The notes: generated by a model from the sequence alone, not told the origin. Positions 28,531 through 39,098 are shown, counted from the stretch's first letter. The stretch: DNA of 64,000 nt from an uncultured Bryobacteraceae bacterium (GCA_964247975.1 CAXTWH010000021.1:20316-84315), one strand, 5' to 3'. Made by a program: numbers and translations.

Positions 28531-30615
28531 TTATTGAGACTGGCCCATTGTGGCGTACTTGCGCCACATGGCCGGGTCGTCCAGCATTCGAATGAAAATG
28601 CCGCCTACCACTGAGCGGGCTTGAAAGCCGACCTGCTTGCCGGTTTGTGTGTCGTACCAGTCTGATAAGGGAACGCGGCTCGGCGACTGGTCAGCAAAGC
28701 GGTATCCAGCGTCGAACAATGTTTCAAAATCCTTCTCCGATTGCGGAAGCGAAGCAGTCCACGCCAGCCAATCCAGTTTGGTGTACTGGGCGCGATTATC
28801 GAGCGGCAGTCCGAACTTGTTTTCGTGCGCTTTGTAGAAGGCAAACTCTTTTGCCGCCACCGACTCAGGAAACAGGTTCAGATGAAGCAGCTTATCCCAA
28901 ACCAGATTGTACTTCTGGCTCCAGGTGTTCTGTTTATCAAACGCCAGCCGGAAATGGTCGCCGTCGTCAGCCATCTGCGTCCAGCGCTGGGCGAACTGCT
29001 GCGCCAATGCATGATAAGTGTGCGCTTCTTCGCGGTGGCCCAGTGTGCCGGCCAGCTTGCCGTAAACTCCGAGCGCGAGTATGGCTTTAATAGATAGATT
29101 CGCGTTGTGCGCCAAATGCCCGGCGAAATCATCCGTGCAAAGCTGGTTTTCCGGATCCAATCCTTTTTGCTTCAGGTATTCGGCCCATTTGGTTAACAGC
29201 GGCCAGTAGCTTTTGGCGAAATCGGCATTGCCTTCAATCTGCGCCAATGCGCCAATCACCAATAGCATGTTGCCGCTTTCTTCCACCGGCATTTGGTCTT
29301 CTTCGGAAGCTTCTTTGCCTCCGTATTGTTGCCCGTTGGCCAATGGGTATCGGCCCAGATCATGCGGCGCAAACGGAAAACGCCAGCGCGGCAGGTTTGA
29401 ATAGTCCATAATCGGCTGCAACTGCGCTTTCAACAACTGCGGATTGAACAGCAGAAAAAACGGCGAGCTTGGGTAAGTGATGTCTACCGTGTCAATCGAG
29501 CCGTTGCTGAAATTTTCTTTGGAAAAAAACAGCGGCGTTCCGTTAACATCAGCCACTAATTTGTGCGCAGCCAGCGTTTGCCGGTAAGCTAAGGCGCAAA
29601 GTTTCGCATAATTCTCGCCGCCTTCTTTCCGCAGGTCGGCCATCAACTGCTCGTCGAATTGGGCGCAGCGCTTTTGCAGCGGCTCATAATCGCGCAGCGC
29701 TTCGCGCAGCAGGTCCGCCGCTTCCGCTCCGTGCCGCCGCCAGTACGGGCGCAGATGCCGTTGAAAATAGTCGATTGAAAACAGATCATCATAAGCCATC
29801 ACCAGATGCCGCGACACCGGCTCAGCGCTTACCGAACCGAGCCGGAATCCATACGCCAGCACCGGCGTTTCCTGCGCGTAAGGCTGCATAACCCGCAGAT
29901 CATCGGAATCGGGCAATTCTCCTGTTTTCGCAAATGAGGCGACTGCATCAGGGCGAACCCCTGCTACCTGGGTAGTGCCTTGTTCGTCGGGAGCTACCAA
30001 ATACAGATATCCCCAATCAATCCGTAGATTGTCGCCTGATTTCTCCAGAACCGGCTGTTGTTGACTGCCCATGCGCAGCACATTCAAATTTCCAAGCCGA
30101 TACCGCGACCAGGAAGCCTGTTCTTCCGGAGTGTTCACCACAATCTGCGAGGCGGCATCAAAATAAATATCTACTTGGTGCGATTGAGTATCGGTTGATT
30201 TCACCTCCCAGGTCACATACGTTGCAGGACGCGATAACACATCCAGGTCGCTGGGTAGGGCTGGCGTCAGAAACGTGAGCGTCACCTGCACCCCGGCGTC
30301 TTCAAACTCGTAAATAGTACGGGTCGGCAACACTTGAACACTGCGCTGCGTCAGCGCGGGCATTGGTTGCCGACGCGCAGGACCGCCCATCATCCGGTAA
30401 AGTTTGCCGTCAATTCTCGCCAAGCTGGTCATCGATTGGGTAACGCCGGTCCAATGCTTGGTATCAGCGTCATTCAGGTGGTCTGAAAATGACCAAAGGC
30501 TGAAATAAGGATCGTGCGTTACCAGCGGAACAGCCGGGGGGCGGAAATCGGCTGAGAAAGCGGACGGCAAGATAGCGGCGCACAGGGCCAGCAGAAGTCG
30601 GGAATAGTGTCGCAT
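28531..30615 (-). CDS. DUF4965/DUF5127/DUF1793 'glutaminase A'-like protein, probably a glycoside hydrolase
   Basis: Signal peptide; RPPAVPLVTHDPYFSLW, KENFSNG...TVDITYP, APHDLG.YP, MPVEESGNML, QLCTDDFAG, KYNLVWD, FQARSVVGG. Confidence 0.85.
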   Translation of the reverse strand: MRHYSRLLLALCAAILPSAFSADFRPPAVPLVTHDPYFSLWSFSDHLNDADTKHWTGVTQSMTSLARIDGKLYRMMGGPARRQPMPALTQRSVQVLPTRTIYEFEDAGVQVTLTFLTPALPSDLDVLSRPATYVTWEVKSTDTQSHQVDIYFDAASQIVVNTPEEQASWSRYRLGNLNVLRMGSQQQPVLEKSGDNLRIDWGYLYLVAPDEQGTTQVAGVRPDAVASFAKTGELPDSDDLRVMQPYAQETPVLAYGFRLGSVSAEPVSRHLVMAYDDLFSIDYFQRHLRPYWRRHGAEAADLLREALRDYEPLQKRCAQFDEQLMADLRKEGGENYAKLCALAYRQTLAAHKLVADVNGTPLFFSKENFSNGSIDTVDITYPSSPFFLLFNPQLLKAQLQPIMDYSNLPRWRFPFAPHDLGRYPLANGQQYGGKEASEEDQMPVEESGNMLLVIGALAQIEGNADFAKSYWPLLTKWAEYLKQKGLDPENQLCTDDFAGHLAHNANLSIKAILALGVYGKLAGTLGHREEAHTYHALAQQFAQRWTQMADDGDHFRLAFDKQNTWSQKYNLVWDKLLHLNLFPESVAAKEFAFYKAHENKFGLPLDNRAQYTKLDWLAWTASLPQSEKDFETLFDAGYRFADQSPSRVPLSDWYDTQTGKQVGFQARSVVGGIFIRMLDDPAMWRKYATMGQSQ

Positions 30616-30664
30616 GAATCCTCGTTACAGGCTATCGTACTGAACGCCGGAAACGAGAATGGAA

Positions 30665-31792
30665 TTAACGATCCACTTCGCCTAACACAATATCAATGGT
30701 GCCGATAATTGCGACCACATCAGCCACCAATGCGCCCTTGGCCATTTTTTCCAAAGCTTGCAGATTCAGAAACGAGGGCGGGCGAACCCGGACGCGATAA
30801 GGCTGCGTGGTTCCATCGCTCACAATGTAATAACCCAGCTCGCCTTTGGGTGCTTCAATCGAAACGTAAGCTTCCCCTACCGCAGGCTTCAGGACTTTTG
30901 GAACACGGGCTGACAGAGGGCCAGCCGGAATTCGTTCTACCGCCTGCTCAATAATGCGCACCGACTCCCGCATCTCCGCCATTCGCACCAGATAGCGGTC
31001 ATAACTGTCGCCGGTTTGCGCCGTGGGAACATCGAACTCATACTGTTCGTAGCCTGAATAAGGCTGCGCTTTTCGCAGATCCCAAGCTATGCCCGCCGCC
31101 CGTATCAGAGGACCGGTCACGCCAAACTGCTTGCAATCCGCCGCATTCAGAATGCCGACACCGCGCAAACGGTCAATCCAGATGCGATTATTGGTGAGTA
31201 GCTGGTCGTATTCGTCGAACTTCGGCTTCACATACGCGCAGAACTCGCCCACCTGCTCTTCAAAGCCGTCGTACAATTCATAATGCAATCCGCCGATGCG
31301 AAAAGCATGAGTGGTCAGGCGTGCGCCGCAGTAGTTCTCAAAAATCTTCAGAATGTGTTCACGCTCTCGAAACGTGTAGAACAGCGGCGACATGGCCCCG
31401 ATGTCCAGGGCATGAGTGCCAAGCCACAACAGATGGCTGGCAATGCGGTTCAACTCCGTCAGAATTACCCGCACCACTTGGGCGCGCGGGGGCGCTTCCA
31501 CCGAAACCAACTTTTCCACTGCAAGGCAGTATCCCAGGCCGTTTGAAACCGCCGCCACATAATCCATGCGGTCCACGTAAGGAACGAACATGGTGTAAGT
31601 GCGGTTTTCCGCAATCTTTTCCACGCCGCGATGAAGATAGCCGATCACGCATTCTACGTCTTTGACGCGCTCGCCATCCAGCTTCAAAATGACTCGCAGC
31701 ACGCCATGCGTAGACGGATGCTGCGGCCCCATGTTCAGAATCAGTTCCGAGGAATCAAGATAGTTCCCTTCCTGCATGGCGGAATCGATCAT
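30665..31792 (-). CDS. nuoD: NADH-quinone oxidoreductase subunit D
   Basis: [43 protein letters not shown]; no Ni-binding CxxC motifs. Confidence 0.97.
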   Translation of the reverse strand: MIDSAMQEGNYLDSSELILNMGPQHPSTHGVLRVILKLDGERVKDVECVIGYLHRGVEKIAENRTYTMFVPYVDRMDYVAAVSNGLGYCLAVEKLVSVEAPPRAQVVRVILTELNRIASHLLWLGTHALDIGAMSPLFYTFREREHILKIFENYCGARLTTHAFRIGGLHYELYDGFEEQVGEFCAYVKPKFDEYDQLLTNNRIWIDRLRGVGILNAADCKQFGVTGPLIRAAGIAWDLRKAQPYSGYEQYEFDVPTAQTGDSYDRYLVRMAEMRESVRIIEQAVERIPAGPLSARVPKVLKPAVGEAYVSIEAPKGELGYYIVSDGTTQPYRVRVRPPSFLNLQALEKMAKGALVADVVAIIGTIDIVLGEVDR

Positions 31793-32337
31793 TGTCCGCT
31801 CTCAATTCCCAGGTTGTCCCGAACCCATTGATTATCCATGCCGATGATGGAGTAATCTTTCCGCAGCGGGTAGCCGGTCCACTCATCGGGCATCAGAATC
31901 CGCTTCAAATTCGGATGGCCGGAGAAGGTGATTCCGAACATATCGAACACTTCGCGCTCCAGCCAGTTTGCCGCTTGAAAAATTGACGTGATGGACAGCG
32001 CCGCTTGCGATTCCGCAACATGGGTTTTAATCCGCAGCCGCTCGTTACGGCTGAAACTATACAGGATGTACACCAATTCAAAACGAAGTTCCTGTTTCGG
32101 ATAATCCACAGCGGTTAGGTCAACTAGAAAATCGAACTGCTGTTCTGTATACAGACACTGCGCTAACCCAAGTAACTGGGCAGCCGAGCAAACAACAAAA
32201 TTCTGCTCTAAATAACTTTGAAATTGAAACTTGTGGTTTGGAAGTGCCGCCGTAATCTGCTGGGTAAGCTCATTCTCCCAAGGCAGAACATTCATCTGCG
32301 CAGGAGCTTGAGCGCGAACATGGGGCTGTTCCGGCAT
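31789..32337 (-). CDS. nuoC: NADH-quinone oxidoreductase subunit C
   Basis: [48 protein letters not shown]; ATGA overlap with nuoD. Confidence 0.95.
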   Translation of the reverse strand: MPEQPHVRAQAPAQMNVLPWENELTQQITAALPNHKFQFQSYLEQNFVVCSAAQLLGLAQCLYTEQQFDFLVDLTAVDYPKQELRFELVYILYSFSRNERLRIKTHVAESQAALSITSIFQAANWLEREVFDMFGITFSGHPNLKRILMPDEWTGYPLRKDYSIIGMDNQWVRDNLGIESGQ

Positions 32338-32426
32338 AAACAGAATTTGTCCTTCTCTCTTAAATGATAACGAGGGTAGCAGCTTTTGAAAAGCTGCTAC
32401 CCTCACGAGAGAAGAGTGGTTGGCTC

Positions 32427-33347
32427 TTACGAACCTTTAACAACCACTTGTTGAGGAGCAAGGATCTTCACATTCGGCAATTCGCTTTTGAACTCCACTT
32501 TTTGCAAGCCGGAGTTCTTCGCCGCTGTAAACGTCACTCGGTACTGATGATTTAAACGATCACTCAATTGTTCTAAATACGACGTTAATGAAACAGGAGT
32601 ATCAAATCCCTGGTAGTAGAACTCACCGCCAGTTTGTTTTGCCACTTCGCCTAAACGGGATTGGCTCATGTTCAATCCCCATCCGCCTGTGGAATAAACG
32701 CCTTCGCCGCGCAGGTAAATAGAATACGCCAAAATGCCAAGGTGCTGGCAATCTTTAATAGCCGCATCCACATAAGGATCATCGTTACTAGCATTTCCGT
32801 AATAACGGTCAACTCCATCAGTCAGCATTAAAACCGCGCGCCTGCCGGTCTGTTCCTGAGAAGGCCAATGTTTTGCCAGGTAAGAAAGCGCGAAATAAGG
32901 ACTTCCATTTACACCGGCAATCGCCTGCGGCAAACGAATGGCCTTTGCTGCTTTGTTGTGATCGGTCGTAAATCCTTGCGTTAAATCAAAGCCGCCATTT
33001 CGCATATACCCAATCGCTACCTGTGTAGAGTTTGGCAATGAATTCACAAACTGCTTCAACTCACCGATGCGTGGCCCAAGCGCGCCGCTGCGCGTGGAAT
33101 CATCAAGAAAAATGAACAACTGCAGGGCACTGTCGCTGCCTTGCAAGGGTTCCAGCGAGGTCACTTCAGCTTTGGTTTTACCCACATAAGCAAGCACTTC
33201 TTTTTGTGCCAAAGCTGGCGGCTCAGTGCCGGAATGCGCTGATTTCACAGTGATAACAGCATTTGCGCTGGCAGGCAGTGAAGCGGTTTCCGCTTTAAAG
33301 CCGGTCAATAAAACCGCAGCAATCAACAATGCTCGACTCATATTCAT
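32427..33347 (-). CDS. Secreted VWA-like hypothetical protein
   Basis: Signal peptide; LFIFLDDS, QVAIGYM, AVLMLTDGVD, TGGEFY, HQYRVTF. Confidence 0.65.
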   Translation of the reverse strand: MNMSRALLIAAVLLTGFKAETASLPASANAVITVKSAHSGTEPPALAQKEVLAYVGKTKAEVTSLEPLQGSDSALQLFIFLDDSTRSGALGPRIGELKQFVNSLPNSTQVAIGYMRNGGFDLTQGFTTDHNKAAKAIRLPQAIAGVNGSPYFALSYLAKHWPSQEQTGRRAVLMLTDGVDRYYGNASNDDPYVDAAIKDCQHLGILAYSIYLRGEGVYSTGGWGLNMSQSRLGEVAKQTGGEFYYQGFDTPVSLTSYLEQLSDRLNHQYRVTFTAAKNSGLQKVEFKSELPNVKILAPQQVVVKGS

Positions 33348-33422
33348 AACAATAATCCGGCTTTTGCGCCACCGGACTCCTGTTAATAAGACTAGTGTTA
33401 GCCGAAAAAAGGTGCGGATTTC

Positions 33423-34640
33423 TTACTGGGAATTGTTTTGAATTGTATTGCTGGAAGAAGAACTACTCGGGTTTCCAAATCCGCCGGGGTTTCCGAATCC
33501 CGTATTGCTGTTCTGGTTTTGCTGCCCGTTTTGATTACCTAAAGCAGATTGCATCGCATTCGCATTATCTTTTTGCGGATTGTATACGAACTCCCATTTT
33601 GAATAGTCCGTTTGTTTATCAACTGTCTTAATTGTGCTGCCTTTCGCGGTGCTGGCTACGCCAGCAATCGCGCCTGCGGCAATCGTATTTCCACCCGCCT
33701 GCGTTCCGTTCGTCGATGTCAACGAATTAGCAGTCGGAGTAGTTACGCCTTGCGTGCGCAGCGTATTGGCAACTGCATTCTGTGCTGCCGCTGCCGGATT
33801 ATTCGAATCATTCGGCGCTGCTGTCCCGGGGTTAGCTCCATTTATCGGCTGTGTTCCGTTGTTGTTCTGCGCAGCACTGGGCTGGTTTACTGCCTCCTGC
33901 GCCGCAGGAGGCATCTCCGGAATCGGTCTTCCCAAACTATCCAACTGTTCGCCTGTTCCATTAGCTTCTCCTGCTCCGGGGTTTGTGGCCGACATTGCGG
34001 AAGGGCGTCGCTGCTGCGCACCATAAATCTGCGCGGCTGAAGGCGCAGGAGGGGTGTTCGGATCGGGCGCGGTGGTTTGATTATCAGTCGCTTGATTGTT
34101 GTTCGATGCGCTTTGCGCACTATTTCCAAAGCTGTTATTAAAAGCGGATGAGTTCCCGAATCCTCCGCTATTGTTCTGGTTTCCGAATCCTCCACCGCTG
34201 GTGTTATTGTTGCCGAAACCGTTGCTGGTCTGCTGACCGTTCTTATTCAAGTTATTCAAAGGCGTTACTTTGGAATCGGTCAGTATGTAGCCCGGACCCA
34301 TGATGTGGATCAAACGCCATTCCTGTTTGCCGGTGATCGGGTCTTTGTAATGTTTGCGCAGATAACGGACGTTGCCGTAATTATCAAGCTGTTCGAGCGA
34401 GGTCGGATAAGTTTTGTTGCGGGCATAAAAGCGGCGAATCGCAAGTTTATACTCATTTCCCCGGTCAATCAACAATTGTTCTTTCTGCCGTTCGCCTTCA
34501 AATATCGCGCTCGGAACTGCTTTGTACAGCATGATGGCGACAATCGCTGCAAACACAAACACAATCAGCAAAGCCGAGCCTTCCTCACCGGAAGGCTGTG
34601 CAGCAGACAAATTCAAATCATTAGGCGAATTAGAAAGCAT
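33423..34640 (-). CDS. PilX/GspK-like minor pseudopilin with long low-complexity insertions
   Basis: Class III signal EEG|SALLIVFVFAAIVAIML lacking Glu5; YLRKHYKDPITG; WEFVYNP; last gene of the pilus operon. Confidence 0.7.
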   Translation of the reverse strand: MLSNSPNDLNLSAAQPSGEEGSALLIVFVFAAIVAIMLYKAVPSAIFEGERQKEQLLIDRGNEYKLAIRRFYARNKTYPTSLEQLDNYGNVRYLRKHYKDPITGKQEWRLIHIMGPGYILTDSKVTPLNNLNKNGQQTSNGFGNNNTSGGGFGNQNNSGGFGNSSAFNNSFGNSAQSASNNNQATDNQTTAPDPNTPPAPSAAQIYGAQQRRPSAMSATNPGAGEANGTGEQLDSLGRPIPEMPPAAQEAVNQPSAAQNNNGTQPINGANPGTAAPNDSNNPAAAAQNAVANTLRTQGVTTPTANSLTSTNGTQAGGNTIAAGAIAGVASTAKGSTIKTVDKQTDYSKWEFVYNPQKDNANAMQSALGNQNGQQNQNSNTGFGNPGGFGNPSSSSSSNTIQNNSQ

Positions 34641-35358
34641 TGGGTTGCGACTCTGGAATAATCTGGAGCGTTTGGCGATTCTTCGTCGTAGTGTCTTCCA
34701 CTTCCGCTGTTTTCGGCTGCAGCGAAACAATCCGGTAATGCCCCTTCACCATCTCGCCCTCGTTTGCCACCACTACATTATCTTCATCCAGAAAAAATCC
34801 GCGCTTCGGTCCAATTGAGTTGGCCGGGGCCGCAAATCCATAAAACTTAAGCGGGATCGGCGCAAATTGCGGATTGATCGTTCCTGCTGGGCTAGTCCCT
34901 TGTGGTAGAGATTGCTGCGGCAGTGGGCCAGGTATTACTTTCACAACTTGAGCGCCGGGCTGTCCGGGCAATGCCGCCGCCGGGCCGGATTCAAACAAGC
35001 TACGGGTGCCGCCCGTAAACTTCACGCCTTTTAAACGCTGCAATAAATCGAGCCGAAGCGTCGGGTCAATACTGCCGTGCTGCGCTTCGAGCGTCACGTC
35101 CACCATCCGTAGTGTGTTCTTATCGTTCCGCTGAACAACGCGTTTGCGAGGAGTGCGGGGACGGGTTAACGGAGTAGTCATTGCAGCCGGAACCGCCGCC
35201 GGATGCACAGCGCCGCCCGCATCGGAACTGCCGGTGTCGCTGTTGGAATTATACAGGAAGGCTCCAACCGCCACCACCAGCAGCCCTCCCAAAAGCGCCA
35301 GCTTGCGCGGTTCGGCTCCGAACTTTAACCCGCGTGATGGAGAAGCGGCCGTGCTCAC
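34630..35358 (-). CDS. Hypothetical protein at the PilP/GspC position of the pilus operon
   Basis: Single N-terminal TM, IDPTLRLDLL, PLKFYGFA, VANEGEMV...YRIV; overlapping stop/start with both neighbours. Confidence 0.6.
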   Translation of the reverse strand: MSTAASPSRGLKFGAEPRKLALLGGLLVVAVGAFLYNSNSDTGSSDAGGAVHPAAVPAAMTTPLTRPRTPRKRVVQRNDKNTLRMVDVTLEAQHGSIDPTLRLDLLQRLKGVKFTGGTRSLFESGPAAALPGQPGAQVVKVIPGPLPQQSLPQGTSPAGTINPQFAPIPLKFYGFAAPANSIGPKRGFFLDEDNVVVANEGEMVKGHYRIVSLQPKTAEVEDTTTKNRQTLQIIPESQPNAF

Positions 35359-35978
35359 GGCTGTCCCCCCACTGCTGCGCTCACCCCTGTTCCTGTTCCA
35401 TCCTCTTTCACAATGGCCAGAAATCGAATGGTGATGTTCAACACGCCGGTGCCTTGTTGTTGCGGCGTGGCGGAAATTGTGTCCAGAATCAGAAGCTGGT
35501 CGGAATGGTCCACTTGGTTCACAAAATTCATCAGGTCCGCGTAGTTGCCCTGATAATTCGCATTAATGGTAAGCAGCGAAAGATCGTCGGTGCCTTCAAT
35601 GGGCTCCTGCGCGTAAGTGCGCTGCCCTTCGCGCAATCCGGCTGCGCTCGATAAGCGGAACAGCTCCCCTACCAGCACCGCAAATGCTGTTCGATGCGGC
35701 AGAAAATACTGTTGCGCGAATTTATCGGTTTGTTCGCCGCCCAGTTCCACTTTAGTGGAAACCGTTTTCAACTGCTCCGTGGCAGACCGGCGTACTTGTA
35801 TGTTGCTTTCCACAGAACTTTTCTGTTCCATCAGTTCACGCCGGGAACCGCCGGGCGGCGCAAGGTAAAGGTAAAGCCCAATCAGGTTCAACAGTCCCAG
35901 GCCGATCACCCCGACCTTCAACCACCGCGCCGGGCCGGACGCGCTTTTCAGATCGAACCAATCAAAGTTTCTGAACAT
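35355..35978 (-). CDS. pilO: PilO/GspM-like inner-membrane protein
   Basis: TM + coiled coil + ferredoxin-like C-terminus (YQGNYADLMNFVNQVD...LILD); position in operon. Confidence 0.6.
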   Translation of the reverse strand: MFRNFDWFDLKSASGPARWLKVGVIGLGLLNLIGLYLYLAPPGGSRRELMEQKSSVESNIQVRRSATEQLKTVSTKVELGGEQTDKFAQQYFLPHRTAFAVLVGELFRLSSAAGLREGQRTYAQEPIEGTDDLSLLTINANYQGNYADLMNFVNQVDHSDQLLILDTISATPQQQGTGVLNITIRFLAIVKEDGTGTGVSAAVGGQP

Positions 35979-36555
35979 ACGGCACGCTTAACCGGAATCG
36001 GAATAAAGGATCGTTCTGCGTCGGCGGCTGCTGGCTCGACATGGCGGCAGCACCGAAAAGACTAGAGTTTTGAAAATTCTTTAAAAGCGCAAGAATTGCC
36101 TGCGGCTGCTGCGTGCCCACCGTTAAATCAAGTTCAATATGATTTTGGTCGCCTTGGTTGGAAGCAATCACCTGCGGCAAGCGCAAGGCTACCAGTTGAA
36201 CGTTGGGCGGCATCACCCGCTCCAGGTCATCGAAGGTGCGCGTCCAGCTTACCGCGCGCCGGGCAATAATCTCGTTGTATAAAACGCTTTTTGAAAACAC
36301 ATCGGCATTCGCAGGCCGCCCAATAATGCTTTGAAATTGAACCTGCTGCCGTCCTAGCGCGTTCAATTGCTGTTGTTCCGCAGTGATGCTTTTCCTCAGC
36401 TTCGAAACTTGCCGCCGTTCCTTGTAGATGAAAACCACCAGCATCAGCAGCGAAAGAAACAGAATGCCGCAAACAGCGGCCAGCGAAACCACTTCAGCCC
36501 GTTCACGACGGAACGGCTGCGAAGCAAGATTGATTCCGATCGGTTGCGTGGTCAT
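35962..36555 (-). CDS. pilN: PilN-like inner-membrane protein
   Basis: INLASQPF motif, TM, coiled coil, SWTRTFDDLERVMPPNVQL; ATGA overlap with the pilM-like gene. Confidence 0.7.
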   Translation of the reverse strand: MTTQPIGINLASQPFRRERAEVVSLAAVCGILFLSLLMLVVFIYKERRQVSKLRKSITAEQQQLNALGRQQVQFQSIIGRPANADVFSKSVLYNEIIARRAVSWTRTFDDLERVMPPNVQLVALRLPQVIASNQGDQNHIELDLTVGTQQPQAILALLKNFQNSSLFGAAAMSSQQPPTQNDPLFRFRLSVPYVQKL

Positions 36556-37466
36556 GCCGCGTACCGCTCCATCAGTCCTAAAATTCCGGCGTTTTCCTGG
36601 GAGGCTACGCCGAGCTTTGATCGCAGCGGCGTCCACGACACGCCAAACTCTTGTTCAAACGCCATTCCAGTCTGCTCCACTGTTGCACCAAAGCCGCACA
36701 GAATTAGCCGCTGCACCGGGCGGTTCAATTCATCTTCGGCGAACGCCAGCGTTTGTTGCAGCAAGGTGATAATCAAAGTCTGGCGCTCATCTTCCAGATT
36801 CTCTTCCGAACTCAAATCAACCGATCGCACAATATGTAAAAAGCGATCTTCGAGCAGCAGCAGCGAAAGCACATTGCCGCTCAACTTCGCTAACAGCGTC
36901 AGAACGCCGGGCGCAGTGGAACACAACGGCAGCACCGCCAGGCTTGAAGGCAATACCAACCCGGTCTGAAACCCAAGCCCTTGCAGAACGTTTTCGTAGC
37001 CTTCCAGCACCGGACGGGCAACCGCAGCCGCCAACACGCTGAATCTTCTTGCCTGTGGATCTTTCGGTTGAACCGTGCAGGAAACCTGCGCTTCATCAAT
37101 CGAAAAGGGAACGCTTTTGCGCAGACGAAATTTCACCAGCGCCAGACGCTGCGCTTCATCATTCGGCACCTCGTCAAAATCCAGCACCGACATGCGGGTA
37201 GCGTAATCAGGAATCACCAGCGCGGCCCTGGTTCGGCACTGCCCGTTCCCGTTTCCGTTTTTCGCAAAAGCCGTTTGAATCAGATCGAGCCGCGCAATGT
37301 TCGGTTCAACAGGCGACACCGCCAAAACATTTTCGCTGAACGGCGTAACGCGCAGCGTGGAAGCGTTTCTGGTCTGCGCCGAAGCCACGCCCCGTTCGCT
37401 GAGTTCAATCAGATACTCCGGCGGAGGCTCTTTAACCCAGCGCTGAATTTGATCAAGCAAAGACAA
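36552..37466 (-). CDS. pilM: PilM-like (actin-fold) type IV pilus assembly protein
   Basis: AALVIPD, VKFRLRKSVPF, YENVLQGLG...VLPSSLA, LILCG; position between the ATPase and pilN. Confidence 0.7.
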   Translation of the reverse strand: MSLLDQIQRWVKEPPPEYLIELSERGVASAQTRNASTLRVTPFSENVLAVSPVEPNIARLDLIQTAFAKNGNGNGQCRTRAALVIPDYATRMSVLDFDEVPNDEAQRLALVKFRLRKSVPFSIDEAQVSCTVQPKDPQARRFSVLAAAVARPVLEGYENVLQGLGFQTGLVLPSSLAVLPLCSTAPGVLTLLAKLSGNVLSLLLLEDRFLHIVRSVDLSSEENLEDERQTLIITLLQQTLAFAEDELNRPVQRLILCGFGATVEQTGMAFEQEFGVSWTPLRSKLGVASQENAGILGLMERYAA

Positions 37467-37475
37467 GTGTTCCGT

Positions 37476-39098
37476 TTATCCTTCAATGAATGTCACTTTA
37501 TTGATTTCGCGCAGCGTGCTAACCCCGTCGTTCAGCTTCTGCAAAGCGGATTCGCGCAGAAATGTCATACCTTCATCCTTGGCCGCGCGTTTGATTTCCG
37601 AAGCAGGCCGCCGGTCCAGAATCATTTCCCGAATCCGCTCAGTTAAATCCAGCAGCTCATGAATCGCGGTCCGGCCATGAAAACCGGTTCCGCTGCATTC
37701 CATACAGCCTCTGCCTTCATAAAAAACAAAATCGCGCCATTTATCAGGATCAAGTCCGCTTTCCTGTAAATACTGGTCGTCGTAGCGCACCTGCGTTCGG
37801 CAGTGCGGGCAGATCACGCGAACCAATCGCTGTGCCAGAATGCAATTCAGCGAAGAAACGAAGTTGTACGGTTCCACGCCCATGTTCAAAAAGCGGCCGA
37901 GCACGTCCAGCACGTTATTTGCGTGGACAGTGGTGAATACCAAGTGACCGGTTAATGCGGCGTTGATTGCAATCTGCGCGGTTTCCTGGTCTCGAATTTC
38001 ACCCACTAGAATTTTATCCGGATCATGGCGCAGAATAGATCGCAGACCGCGAGCAAACGTAAGCCCCTTCTTCTCATTCACCGGAATCTGGGTGATGCCC
38101 TTAATCTGGTATTCCACCGGATCTTCAATAGTGATGATTTTGTCTTCGTCATTCTTGATTTCGCTTAGCGCGGCGTAAAGCGTAGTGGTTTTGCCCGATC
38201 CGGTCGGCCCTGTCACCAGCACCATGCCGTAAGGCTCCTTGATGTAGCGCCGGAACTTCACCAAATCAGAATCATCGAACCCGACCACATCCAGCGTCAG
38301 CTTGGTGAACTTCTCGCTCATCGACTCTTTGTCGAGAACGCGCAGCACCGAGTCTTCGCCGTGGATGGTCGGCATTACCGAAACGCGGAAGTCAATCAAC
38401 CTGCCCTTGTAGCGCACCCGGAAACGTCCGTCTTGCGGTACGCGGCGCTCCGCAATATCCAGCTCGCTCATGACTTTAATGCGCGAAATAATAGCCGAAT
38501 GCCATTCCTTGGAGATCGGCTGCATCGCATATTGCAGCACGCCGTCAATACGGTACTTGATCGCTACTTCGCCATCGCGGGTTTCAATGTGAATATCGCT
38601 CGCTCGCCGCTCCAAAGCGTTGAAGATGGTGGTATCCACCAGCTTAATCACCGGCGCAATGTTGGCTTCATCCGAAGTCAAACGATCAATGGAAAGCGTT
38701 TCATCCGTGACTTCTTCGTCGCCCACCACGTCGAGCGTGAAGCCTTCGGTTACTTCTTCCAGGACGCGCTGCGATTGTTCCGTTTTCTTCAACAGGTCGG
38801 AAATCTGCGAATGCGTCGCCACTCGGATCTTCAGTTTTTTTCCGAGCAGCACCGATAATTCATCAATCGAGGTAATCTGCCGCGGATCGGATAAAGCAAT
38901 TTCCAGCGATCCATTCTGCGCATGAAGCGGAATGAAATGATAGCGGAACATCAAGTCCACCGGAACCGTGCGGAACAGTTCGGCATCCATACGCGATTCC
39001 TTCAAGTCGATAAACTCGCAGCGATACCGGCGGGCCAATGCCGCCGCTTGCGCTTGTTCCTGCGCGCGATCTTGAAATTTGAAAGTGTCTGTTGCCAT
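37476..39098 (-). CDS. pilB: PilB/GspE secretion/assembly ATPase
   Basis: ASDIHIE, LDIAERRVPQDGR, TGPTGSGKTTT, TIEDPVE, LRHDPD, TGHLVFTTVHAN, CxxC...CxxC zinc motif. Confidence 0.93.
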   Translation of the reverse strand: MATDTFKFQDRAQEQAQAAALARRYRCEFIDLKESRMDAELFRTVPVDLMFRYHFIPLHAQNGSLEIALSDPRQITSIDELSVLLGKKLKIRVATHSQISDLLKKTEQSQRVLEEVTEGFTLDVVGDEEVTDETLSIDRLTSDEANIAPVIKLVDTTIFNALERRASDIHIETRDGEVAIKYRIDGVLQYAMQPISKEWHSAIISRIKVMSELDIAERRVPQDGRFRVRYKGRLIDFRVSVMPTIHGEDSVLRVLDKESMSEKFTKLTLDVVGFDDSDLVKFRRYIKEPYGMVLVTGPTGSGKTTTLYAALSEIKNDEDKIITIEDPVEYQIKGITQIPVNEKKGLTFARGLRSILRHDPDKILVGEIRDQETAQIAINAALTGHLVFTTVHANNVLDVLGRFLNMGVEPYNFVSSLNCILAQRLVRVICPHCRTQVRYDDQYLQESGLDPDKWRDFVFYEGRGCMECSGTGFHGRTAIHELLDLTERIREMILDRRPASEIKRAAKDEGMTFLRESALQKLNDGVSTLREINKVTFIEG

